Notes under the pieces: model-generated
Database searches by the model: none
What the model was told of the DNA's origin: nothing
What the model saw: the letters and a program-made list of their open reading frames with translations, nothing else
IMG/VR virus record: IMGVR_UViG_3300043425_000063
Span: 1-54,662 of that record
DNA length: 54,662 nt
Strand: one strand, 5' to 3'
DNA from: a virus
Lineage: Duplodnaviria; Caudoviricetes
Shown here: piece by piece, positions 26,652 through 35,007 of the stretch
How positions within the stretch are numbered: the stretch's first letter is position 1
Layout of the letters: each line of letters begins with the position of its first letter
Made by a program: the position numbers and the translations under genes

Positions 26652-26815
26652 ACCGCCTACTTACCCTTTTCGCCACAGCCATAGTCACTCTACTGGTAGT
26701 TGGACTGTTCGCAGTAATGCTCATCGAGTGGATGGCAGGTTGTGGCGAAACCTATATTGATGCTAAAGGGGTGAGGCATCAATACGAATGTGTGTTCATC
26801 CCGCAACCTAAATAA
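26648..26815 (+). CDS. 55-aa membrane protein/possible lipoprotein
   Basis: TM segment, then WMAGCGETY...C. Confidence 0.6.
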   Translation: MNRLLTLFATAIVTLLVVGLFAVMLIEWMAGCGETYIDAKGVRHQYECVFIPQPK

Positions 26816-26830
26816 CCAAAGGAGTAAACC

Positions 26831-27010
26831 ATGAAGCGACTGTTCGCCCTGCGTGATAGCCGTGGAAACATTGTCCGTAACGAGGACAAGCAACCCATGT
26901 ACTTTGCCGACAAGCAAGCGGCAAGGAACTACCGAAGCAAGTTGACAAGTGAAGTCAACGTGTACTTCGTCACCTACGGCATTGACCATAAACTTTACAA
27001 AGGAAACTGA
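26831..27010 (+). CDS. 59-aa hypothetical protein
   Basis: AAGGAG RBS; MKRLFALRDS...YGIDHKLYKGN. Confidence 0.7.
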   Translation: MKRLFALRDSRGNIVRNEDKQPMYFADKQAARNYRSKLTSEVNVYFVTYGIDHKLYKGN

Positions 27011-27011
27011 C

Positions 27012-27998
27012 ATGCGAGCCACACTACTCAAAGACACCATCCGTTCCACCTTCCCCATTCAGCGTACGCTGTGTATCGAGGGTAGCCCCGGTGGTGGTAA
27101 GACCACAATCGTTCACGAGGTAGCCAAAGAACTGGAAGTGCCTGTGATTGAACGACACATGCCAACGATGCTTGTCGAGGACTTCGGTATCCTGTTCCCT
27201 GAGGGTGACGAGGGACTGAAGTACAAACTGCCTGACTGGTTCCCCGTCAAAGGCAAAGCCCCTGAGCGTGGCATCCTGTTGTTCGATGACCGCAACCAAG
27301 CCAATGCTGACTTGCAAAAAGTCCTAGCCAACATCTGCCAAGCCCGTACCCTACACGGCACACCGATGCCTGATGGGTGGCAAGTCATCTCGACAGGCAA
27401 CCGACAAGCAGACCGAGCAGGTGCTAACCGTGTGCTATCCCATCTGCGTAACCGTGAGACTGTGGTCGAGTTGGAAACCCACCTCGATGACTGGACTTCA
27501 TGGGCACTTGACCATGACGTAAAGCCTGAGGTCATCTCGTTCATTCGGTTCCGCCCTGCCCTACTGCATGACTTCGACCCTCAACGTGACCAAAACGCTA
27601 CCCCCCGTTCATGGGTTGAAGGTGTGTCCGACATCCTCGGCATGTGTCCATCCGATGCAGAGTTCGAGATGTTCAAGGGTGCAGTCGGTGAAGGTGCGGC
27701 GGCTGAGTTCGTAGGCTTTCTGCGTATCTTCCGTAAGTTGCCCAACCCTGATGCAGTTCTCATGAACCCAACGACTTCGGATGTACCGCAAGACCCTGCC
27801 ACTTTGTATGCGCTTAGTGGTGCACTGGCTGAACGAGCAACTGAGAACAACTTTGAGCGTGTTTGTACCTATGCAGAGCGTATGCCTGCTGACTTCAGTG
27901 TGCTCACGGTGTCCTATGCCTCACGTAAGAAACCCGAATTGGCTAACACGCAAGCGTTTACCAAGTGGGCGATGAAACATCAAGACGTATTGTTCTAA
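27012..27998 (+). CDS. MoxR-like AAA+ ATPase
   Basis: GSPGGGKT, LLFDD, TGNR, LRNR, TPRSW. Confidence 0.85.
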   Translation: MRATLLKDTIRSTFPIQRTLCIEGSPGGGKTTIVHEVAKELEVPVIERHMPTMLVEDFGILFPEGDEGLKYKLPDWFPVKGKAPERGILLFDDRNQANADLQKVLANICQARTLHGTPMPDGWQVISTGNRQADRAGANRVLSHLRNRETVVELETHLDDWTSWALDHDVKPEVISFIRFRPALLHDFDPQRDQNATPRSWVEGVSDILGMCPSDAEFEMFKGAVGEGAAAEFVGFLRIFRKLPNPDAVLMNPTTSDVPQDPATLYALSGALAERATENNFERVCTYAERMPADFSVLTVSYASRKKPELANTQAFTKWAMKHQDVLF

Positions 27999-28044
27999 CC
28001 AACCGAGGGGCATCTGCCCCTCACCAACAGAAGGAGTATCAACT

Positions 28045-28890
28045 ATGAATCTGAGTGACCGTGCTCTACTTGTGCAGTTATCCGTAAGCCAATGGACTGC
28101 TCGCAAGTACGACAAAAAAGTAACGAGTGAGGTGGCATCTGCTCATGGCACAACCACTGCGGCAGGGCGGTACAACAAGTCGCTACTGCCCATGAACGAC
28201 TACCTCGACAGGGTGCATAAGAAAACCACCCATATCCGCACCAAGTTCTACGAGAACACCCTACCGTGGGGTATCGAGGGAACGATGATGCTACCGACAA
28301 GCAACTACCTGCAATTCATGACCGACTTTCGTAAGGAGAAGGGCGAGTGGCAGTACCTTGTCAACGAGTTCGTAGGCAACTACGACCAGTTGCGACTGGA
28401 TGCAAAGCGACTACTCGGTAGCCTGTACAACGATGAGGACTACCCTGATGAGAGCGATGTGTCCCGCAAGTTCAAGATGGACATGGCAATCTTCCCCGTA
28501 CCGAACACCGACTTCAGGGTAGCGATAGCGAGCGATGAGTTGACACGTATCCAACAAGATGTTGAGAAGCGTATCGCTGATGCTCAGACTACTGCCATGA
28601 AGGAAGTATGGGATAGACTTTACGACCGAGTAAAGCACATGGCTGAGAAGTTGGCTGACCCCAAGGCTATCTTCCGTGACACGATGGTGGAAAACACCAA
28701 GGAACTGTGTGCCCTACTGCCTCGACTGAACTTCATGGATGACCCCAACTTGGAACAGTTACGCCAACAAGTTGAGGTAAGTTTGCTCAAGCATCCTGAA
28801 GCACTGCGTAACGACCCCGACCTTCGCCGTGACACTGCGGCTGAAGCCAAAGCAATCATGGACAAGATGTCCGTTTTCATGGGAGCCTGA
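28045..28890 (+). CDS. DUF3150-like helical protein of MoxR/VWA modules
   Basis: WTARKYD, TLPW, DYP...KF; lies between MoxR and VWA genes. Confidence 0.6.
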   Translation: MNLSDRALLVQLSVSQWTARKYDKKVTSEVASAHGTTTAAGRYNKSLLPMNDYLDRVHKKTTHIRTKFYENTLPWGIEGTMMLPTSNYLQFMTDFRKEKGEWQYLVNEFVGNYDQLRLDAKRLLGSLYNDEDYPDESDVSRKFKMDMAIFPVPNTDFRVAIASDELTRIQQDVEKRIADAQTTAMKEVWDRLYDRVKHMAEKLADPKAIFRDTMVENTKELCALLPRLNFMDDPNLEQLRQQVEVSLLKHPEALRNDPDLRRDTAAEAKAIMDKMSVFMGA

Positions 28891-28891
28891 T

Positions 28892-30058
28892 ATGACCACA
28901 CCTGTACCCAACCATGCCGACCGTGAGCCGTTGAGCCAAGCCGATGAGAAGGCTATCGACCGACTGCTTGCCAAGGCTAGGACTGCCCTAGTCCTTGAGC
29001 ATCCGTTCGTTGGCAACATTGCACTGAACATGCCGTTCATTGCCGACTACACCTGCCGTACTGCCAAGACCAATGGCAAGGAGATACGCTACAACCCACA
29101 CTTCATGAAGGACATGGGTGATGAGGAACGCAAGTTCGTGGTAGCCCACGAGTGCTTTCACCCCATGCTTGAACACAACTTCAGACGTGGTGAACGTCAA
29201 CACCAACGGTGGAACAAAGCAGGTGACTACGTTATCAACCAACTGCTGACCGATGAAGGTATCGGCAAGATGCCCCAGTTCGGTTTGTACAACCCACAAC
29301 TGTACCAAGCAGGTGGCGGTACGACTGACGGTATCTACAACTTGTTGCCCGATGAACCTGATGACGGCACAGGTGGTGATGGTACTGAAGCAATGGATGA
29401 CTGTGCAGATGGTGGCGGTAGCCCTGCTGAACAAGCACAACAACAAGCCGAGTGGAAAGTCCGTGTAGCACAAGCGGCACAAGCCGCTAAGATGATGGGC
29501 AAGATGTCGGCAGGACTTGAACGACTTGTCGGTGATGTGCTTGCACCTAAGGTTGACTGGCGAGATGTGCTACGCAAGTTCGTAGAGAAGTGCAAGTCCG
29601 ACCAACGCTCATGGGCTAGACCCAACCGTAGGTTCCTGTCGCAAGGACTGTACTTGCCTAGTGTCTCAGGTGAAGCACTCGGTGAGATAGCCATTGCAGT
29701 TGACTGCTCAGGTTCGATTGATGAAAAGACTATTGCTCAGTTTGCAGGTGAGATTACTGCAATCAAGGAGGACGGTAACCCAACGTGTGTGCATGTGGTG
29801 TATTTTGATAGCGAGGTATCACACTACGAGAAGTATGAGCGTGACGATACGCTTAACATCCGTGCCCACGGTGGTGGCGGTACTGCCTTTAGCCCTGTGT
29901 TCCAGTACTTTGCAGAGCATGAAGTCAACCCCATTGCCTGTATCTTCCTGACCGACTTGTGCTGTGATGACTTCGGTGATGTACCTGAGTATCCTGTACT
30001 GTGGGTATCAACTGATGAGGGCACTGCACCATTCGGTGAGGTAGTGTTGATGACATGA
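28892..30058 (+). CDS. Metallopeptidase-VWA protein (DUF2201-like)
   Basis: HECFH (HExxH), WN.AGDY.IN, MIDAS DCSGS, GGGGT, LTD. Confidence 0.85.
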   Translation: MTTPVPNHADREPLSQADEKAIDRLLAKARTALVLEHPFVGNIALNMPFIADYTCRTAKTNGKEIRYNPHFMKDMGDEERKFVVAHECFHPMLEHNFRRGERQHQRWNKAGDYVINQLLTDEGIGKMPQFGLYNPQLYQAGGGTTDGIYNLLPDEPDDGTGGDGTEAMDDCADGGGSPAEQAQQQAEWKVRVAQAAQAAKMMGKMSAGLERLVGDVLAPKVDWRDVLRKFVEKCKSDQRSWARPNRRFLSQGLYLPSVSGEALGEIAIAVDCSGSIDEKTIAQFAGEITAIKEDGNPTCVHVVYFDSEVSHYEKYERDDTLNIRAHGGGGTAFSPVFQYFAEHEVNPIACIFLTDLCCDDFGDVPEYPVLWVSTDEGTAPFGEVVLMT

Positions 30059-30327
30059 TTAACTTACCTGACGGATACACCTTGGAAACAACCAAGCGTA
30101 GGCAAGCCCAAGCAAGGGCTAGTCTCTTTGGTGTTGACTGGCAGATAGTCATCTACCACAAAGGCTATCCTGCCTTCACACTTGCCAAGCAACTACGCTC
30201 AGACATGCTTGAGCCTGAGTATGCAGGTAAGTTATCAGGTGCTGATGGTGCATGGCATCGCAGTCTTGACCTCAATGAACTGGTACGAATCATGTGCACC
30301 AAGCACAGAATAGGAGTAGGAAAATGA
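30055..30327 (+). CDS. Hypothetical protein
   Basis: ATGA coupling; 90 aa. Confidence 0.65.
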   Translation: MINLPDGYTLETTKRRQAQARASLFGVDWQIVIYHKGYPAFTLAKQLRSDMLEPEYAGKLSGADGAWHRSLDLNELVRIMCTKHRIGVGK

Positions 30328-30533
30328 TTAGTTATGCTGAACTGCTTATCGGTGTGGTGTACTTTGCTATGGCAGGGTACATCATGTACCTACAACACCA
30401 ACTCAAGAAGTCTAACCGTGCAGGTGAGTTCTTGACTATGGTAATACACGACATGGCAAGCGGTAATGTAACGATTGAAAGGACAGAAGATGGCATCAAA
30501 GTTATGCGCCCTGCTACTGGTGCTGATAAGTAG
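30324..30533 (+). CDS. Small N-terminal TM protein
   Basis: AGGAG RBS; ATGA overlap; hydrophobic N-terminus. Confidence 0.6.
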   Translation: MISYAELLIGVVYFAMAGYIMYLQHQLKKSNRAGEFLTMVIHDMASGNVTIERTEDGIKVMRPATGADK

Positions 30534-30822
30534 CGTAGCCTATGCACAAAAGCCACTGGACTTTAATAACAGTCCGTTGAACTGGGCGAATAGCCCACTC
30601 AACTTCGACAATAGCCCACTCAACTGGATGAATAGTCCATTGAACTGGGCGAATAGTCCACTCAATATCCACTCGACCAATGGCATCTACTCACCTGATG
30701 GCAACCGCATCGGGTATGTAGTACCCAAACCTTCAGGTGGTGCAAACATCTTTATGGGTGGACAGAACGCAGGGTATGTAGCACCGCCCCTCGTACCACT
30801 AACACCTATGTTCGGGAGGTAG
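30490..30822 (+). CDS. Secreted NSPLNxx-repeat protein
   Basis: Signal peptide MASKLCALLLVLISSVAYA|Q; five heptad repeats. Confidence 0.75.
   Translation: MASKLCALLLVLISSVAYAQKPLDFNNSPLNWANSPLNFDNSPLNWMNSPLNWANSPLNIHSTNGIYSPDGNRIGYVVPKPSGGANIFMGGQNAGYVAPPLVPLTPMFGR
30568..30672 (+). repeat. 5 x 21-bp coding tandem repeat
   Basis: AAYAGYCCRYTSAAY plus 6 variable nt; synonymous divergence between units. Confidence 0.9.
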
Positions 30823-30824
30823 AT

Positions 30825-31403
30825 ATGGAAGTAGCCGAGTCATTGATTGATAAGTACCGCTACTACAACGTAGAACATATTGACTGGTGGGAGTACACCT
30901 ACAACGAGTTCACCGAGCGTATGAAGCAGAAGGGCATTGGTGTAGACCGCATGTTCTTCTCAGGCTTTTGGTCGCAGGGTGATGGCGCATGCTTTGAGGG
31001 TGACATTGAGGACATGGAGTTGTTTCTCAACACACACTTCAAGCCTGATGAGTACTCAGCAATACGCAAGTTGATTGAACACAAAGGCACGGTGAAGTTC
31101 AAGTGTACCCATAGTGGACACTACTACCACGAGAACTGCACTCGCTTTGATGTTGACTGCGATGTGTTTGCGTACGTACTCGACAAGCCAACAGACTTCC
31201 ATGAACAAGTTGTGGAAGGATTAGACAAGCAACTGGATGTAGAGATGGTGGACTTTGAGAAAGAAAGCGTAGAGATTTTTAAGACTTACATGCGTGAGTT
31301 GTACCGTGAGTTGGAACAAGAGTACGACCACCTTGTAAGTGATGAAGCAGTGAAGGAAGCGATAGTCGCAAACGATTTAGTGGAGGTGCAAGATGACGAT
31401 TGA
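30825..31403 (+). CDS. Acidic protein with FSGFWSQGDGACF motif
   Basis: GGAGG RBS; D/E-rich; motif recalled from mobile-element proteins. Confidence 0.75.
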   Translation: MEVAESLIDKYRYYNVEHIDWWEYTYNEFTERMKQKGIGVDRMFFSGFWSQGDGACFEGDIEDMELFLNTHFKPDEYSAIRKLIEHKGTVKFKCTHSGHYYHENCTRFDVDCDVFAYVLDKPTDFHEQVVEGLDKQLDVEMVDFEKESVEIFKTYMRELYRELEQEYDHLVSDEAVKEAIVANDLVEVQDDD

Positions 31404-31602
31404 CAGTCCGTTTTACAGACAACTGAAGCAGGAGATACGAATGAATGTAGCAGAGCAAGCAATACAAACAATCAACAACTTGTCGTACCTTGTTCGAGAG
31501 TTGTACCCCGATGATGCCGCAACGCAAGAGATGTTGAACATTGACGAGGTGCTAGAGCAAGCGCAACTGACAGTTTATAACTTAACCCAACGAGGAGAAT
31601 GA
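31393..31602 (+). CDS. Hypothetical protein
   Basis: GGAGG RBS; alternative start at 31441. Confidence 0.6.
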   Translation: MTIDSPFYRQLKQEIRMNVAEQAIQTINNLSYLVRELYPDDAATQEMLNIDEVLEQAQLTVYNLTQRGE

Positions 31603-31603
31603 C

Positions 31604-32233
31604 ATGGCAACAGTACGATTCAGCAAAGAATTGCAAGACGAGATTATCAAACGAGCCAAGGCAGTATTCGATAAGCAGTTAGAGACTGCAAAGAACAGTC
31701 GCCCAAGCCACGAGTGGGGTGACAAGATTTACACGACACTCTTTGGACAACATGTTCCTGCATTGAACGCAGTACCGCAGGAGTTCCTGAACATGGTGGA
31801 GTACATCGAGGTCGGTCGTGTCAGTGCTGTCAACTGTGGACTGCGCTTTGACCTACCATCTAAACGTGCATGGCCTCGTGAGTTTGTTGAGACTGAGTAT
31901 GCCAAGCGCACCAACACCTACGGCAGTGAACTAATACTCAAAGACCACTTGGTATGGGGTGAATTGTTTGTCGAAGTCAAAGAATGGCAAGACCGTATCA
32001 AGGCAGTACACACCAAGCGAGATGAGTTCGTAGCCCAAGTGCAGAAGATTATTGATGCACATGCCACCCTTGCACCTGCCCTCAAGATGTGGCAACCCTT
32101 GTGGGATTTAATCCCCGAGGAGTACAAGGAACGTCATCGCAAAGTTGTTGAGCGTGAGAAGAAAGAAACCGTGGTGGATGTAGACCTGTCCTCTATGACT
32201 GCCGCAGTAGTAGCCCACAAAATTACACGATAA
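31604..32233 (+). CDS. Hypothetical protein, possibly Nmad5-like
   Basis: GAGGAG RBS; TL..AL..W..L..LIP pattern. Confidence 0.6.
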   Translation: MATVRFSKELQDEIIKRAKAVFDKQLETAKNSRPSHEWGDKIYTTLFGQHVPALNAVPQEFLNMVEYIEVGRVSAVNCGLRFDLPSKRAWPREFVETEYAKRTNTYGSELILKDHLVWGELFVEVKEWQDRIKAVHTKRDEFVAQVQKIIDAHATLAPALKMWQPLWDLIPEEYKERHRKVVEREKKETVVDVDLSSMTAAVVAHKITR

Positions 32234-32242
32234 GGAGTTGAC

Positions 32243-33151
32243 ATGAGAACAGACAAACTTTCCTACCAAGAAGTTCACGAATGGTTCAAGAAGGCACGTA
32301 ACCCTGAGAACGGTAGACCCGTACAGTCATGGGCACGGATGTATCAAGTCGGTGAGAACTACGAGTTACGCTTGGGCACTAACGTGGTCGGTGTGTTCAC
32401 ACCTGACAACAAGTTTACGTTTAAGTTGACATCGAGCGAAGCCCGTAATTGCAGTGTGACCCTGAGCCAAGCACTCGGCAGGGCTATCCCCTTCCTGTGG
32501 TATCGCAAAGCCACTGGTCGATACGTAATCAAACCTACCCCCCAGTATGCGGAGTACCAAGCAAAGAACCCTAATAGTCAAACCTATGGGTGGAAGTACT
32601 TTAACGAGCAAGAAGGCTACGAGTTGTTCGATGGACTGTGCTTTGACCTGAATACTTATGAGCCTGTCAATGCTCGTATCCCCTTAACCAAACAAGCAGT
32701 CAACAAAGATAACAAACTGGAATGGCTACGAGCACTGCGTAAGTTCAAACTCGCAGTAAAAATCCGTGCCCGAATGGGTGTGTTGGAATCTCTGATTCAG
32801 CAGGTAGATAACGAACGTAAAGGTGCTAAGAGATATGACTGGGTACAACCCGATTGGAACTCAGACAAGTGGCAAGATGTGTTATACACTTCTATCAAAT
32901 CAAGCGAGTGTTCCACCGAGTTACTGAAAGGATTTATCTCATCAGTACGGCGCGGTTATTACTCGTCAACCACAACTGTCAAAGAAGTAATTGATGAGGT
33001 AGATAAGGTATGCACAACATACAGTCTCGACTTGCGCCGAAGATTCGGGGTATATGATGAAGTGTCCGACATGCAAGATACGAATGAAGTGTCTCGACAC
33101 ACGATGGAACGAAGCCACGAAGGTAACGCACCGCAGGTGGAACTGCAATAG
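32243..33151 (+). CDS. Hypothetical protein
   Basis: AAGGAG RBS; 302 aa. Confidence 0.75.
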   Translation: MRTDKLSYQEVHEWFKKARNPENGRPVQSWARMYQVGENYELRLGTNVVGVFTPDNKFTFKLTSSEARNCSVTLSQALGRAIPFLWYRKATGRYVIKPTPQYAEYQAKNPNSQTYGWKYFNEQEGYELFDGLCFDLNTYEPVNARIPLTKQAVNKDNKLEWLRALRKFKLAVKIRARMGVLESLIQQVDNERKGAKRYDWVQPDWNSDKWQDVLYTSIKSSECSTELLKGFISSVRRGYYSSTTTVKEVIDEVDKVCTTYSLDLRRRFGVYDEVSDMQDTNEVSRHTMERSHEGNAPQVELQ

Positions 33152-33425
33152 GTGTAATGGTAGGGGCAAGACCGAGGAGACTTGGCTTGTCCAACCTACG
33201 GTTGAAATACCGAAGGCAAAGCAACCAAAGCCAAAGAAGTTGTCGGAGATTGATAAGGCAGTGAACCGTATTCACAATGCCATGTATGGTGGTAAGACCA
33301 AGCAACCCAAAGAGGTTAAGCACAAGCCAACCAAGTCAATGTTCGATGACATGGAAGAAGATAGTCGGTACTCAGAGAACTACGGTGACTTGGGTATTGA
33401 CATACCAAAAGGTGATGACTGGTGA
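33054..33425 (+). CDS. NrdR-like zinc-ribbon protein
   Basis: MKCPTC..DTR..RRWNCNRC..KTEE. Confidence 0.65.
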   Translation: MMKCPTCKIRMKCLDTRWNEATKVTHRRWNCNRCNGRGKTEETWLVQPTVEIPKAKQPKPKKLSEIDKAVNRIHNAMYGGKTKQPKEVKHKPTKSMFDDMEEDSRYSENYGDLGIDIPKGDDW

Positions 33426-33601
33426 GATATGACAAAAAGTATGAGGTGCATGACGATGTAGGTGTACTGCGTATCTTTGATGACCCTGACATGGCAGAGC
33501 AGTTCGCAAAGCCAAGGGACTACAAAGTTGTTGTGCGTAGAACACCCCGCCCTACCAAACCGAAAGTAGACCTTTCGGGGCTAGAGCCTGCCCCTTTCTA
33601 G
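33422..33601 (+). CDS. 59-aa hypothetical protein ending EPAPF
   Basis: GTGA overlap; fills the gap between neighbours. Confidence 0.55.
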   Translation: MRYDKKYEVHDDVGVLRIFDDPDMAEQFAKPRDYKVVVRRTPRPTKPKVDLSGLEPAPF

Positions 33602-33610
33602 GAGAAAGAT

Positions 33611-33856
33611 ATGGACAAAGTAATATGTAACGAACGTCGATGTTATTGGAAAGGGACTACTGAGCAGATGCTTAGAGCACCTAACCCATTTGAACCTGAG
33701 GATGAAATCATTGGATGCCCCGACTGTAAGGGTGTAGATACCCTTGTTGTAGCCTGTGATGTAGAAGGATGTTGGAAAGAATCCACCTGCGGTTTTCCTA
33801 CACCCGAAGGCTATCGCCGTACATGTGGCAACCACTATCGGGAGATGAATCCATGA
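33611..33856 (+). CDS. Cys-rich zinc-binding protein
   Basis: AGGAG RBS; 8 Cys in 81 aa. Confidence 0.65.
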   Translation: MDKVICNERRCYWKGTTEQMLRAPNPFEPEDEIIGCPDCKGVDTLVVACDVEGCWKESTCGFPTPEGYRRTCGNHYREMNP

Positions 33857-34326
33857 CAGTAATCGTATGGGATGGCAAACAACTTGCCTCCGATAAACAA
33901 GCCACGAACGCAGGACTAAAGTGCATAGTAACCAAGATACACAGAGTCAATGGACACTTGCTTGGGTTCTCAGGTGAACTTGATTATGCTCAGGCGATGC
34001 GCAAGTGGTTCGAGAATGGTGCAGACATAGAGAAGTTTCCAAAACACCAAGAAGATACTGATAAATGGGTGGGTATGCTAGTCATCACCCCCGACAAGAG
34101 AGTACTGAAGTACGAACGCTCACCGATACCTATGGACTTTACCGAAAATAAAGTTCTGTGTATGGGTAGTGGTCGAGACTTTGCCTTTGGTGCGTTGGCG
34201 ATGGGTGCTGATGCAATCAAGGCAGTACAGGTTGCCTGTATCTACGAAGCATCGTGTGGTATGGGTGTTGATGTTTTAACTTACGAAGGAGAATCAAATG
34301 AAAAGCAAATCACAGAAGGTACGTGA
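33853..34326 (+). CDS. HslV/proteasome-beta-like Ntn peptidase
   Basis: GGAG RBS; M-T start, ASD.QAT, KI, GFSG, MGSG..FA.GA. Confidence 0.8.
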   Translation: MTVIVWDGKQLASDKQATNAGLKCIVTKIHRVNGHLLGFSGELDYAQAMRKWFENGADIEKFPKHQEDTDKWVGMLVITPDKRVLKYERSPIPMDFTENKVLCMGSGRDFAFGALAMGADAIKAVQVACIYEASCGMGVDVLTYEGESNEKQITEGT

Positions 34327-34708
34327 GTACTTCATAAAGAATCCGCTTGCCACACCAAAAGAAGTTGGTGCGAAGTTCAAGGTAGCCATGCCTATCGTGT
34401 ACAAGATTCGCAAAGAGGTGATGCCTGTGGTGCAGGAAGAAAATGCGAAGGTCATTATTCAGACCAAGCCATTCGTGCCAAGCACCCGAGCCGATGACCT
34501 ACAAGTTGGCGGTGACCACTACAAGAACATGGGTGTCCAACCTTGGAAGGCTATGGAATCTTGGATGACACCCGAAGAATTCCGTGGGTTCTTAAAGGGT
34601 AACTCTATTAAATATCTTGCACGTTGCAATGCCAAGGGTGGCATTGACGACATCAAGAAAGCCAAGCACTACATCGAGAAACTTATCGAGGTGCGTGATG
34701 ATTCTTGA
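34298..34708 (+). CDS. DUF3310 (T7 gp1.7-like nucleotide kinase) domain protein
   Basis: QVGGDHY, FLKGNSIKYLAR..KGG.DD..KAKHY. Confidence 0.85.
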   Translation: MKSKSQKVREYFIKNPLATPKEVGAKFKVAMPIVYKIRKEVMPVVQEENAKVIIQTKPFVPSTRADDLQVGGDHYKNMGVQPWKAMESWMTPEEFRGFLKGNSIKYLARCNAKGGIDDIKKAKHYIEKLIEVRDDS

Positions 34709-34814
34709 AGCCATTTGGGAAATCTTTAAGTGGGCTATGTTTTTGCTCGGATGCTTTACTGCATTGGGCGCAGTAGCCCTGATTACATTCTTATGGATGC
34801 AAGACCGTGATTAA
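34698..34814 (+). CDS. 38-aa membrane peptide
   Basis: GAGG RBS; hydrophobic. Confidence 0.5.
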   Translation: MILEAIWEIFKWAMFLLGCFTALGAVALITFLWMQDRD

Positions 34815-35007
34815 CTACGAGTTCTTTGACTACGCAACCATCATGTTGCGTATGGACAAGTTGAACAAAGACATTCATCAAGACCTGTTGAACCACAAGT
34901 ATGCCGATGCTCGTGTCAAGTCGCAGGAACTCTTGTTTCAAACTCGGCTACTGAACCTGTGGATTACACAGGAGATTGAGAGAACCAATGGACATAGTAA
35001 CCATTGA
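34807..35007 (+). CDS. Hypothetical protein
   Basis: 66 aa, overlaps both neighbours. Confidence 0.55.
   Translation: MINYEFFDYATIMLRMDKLNKDIHQDLLNHKYADARVKSQELLFQTRLLNLWITQEIERTNGHSNH

Noticed and set aside
30568-30672. Possible mini-CRISPR array
   Set aside because: 21-bp period with only 6 variable nt and synonymous variation; it is a coding repeat
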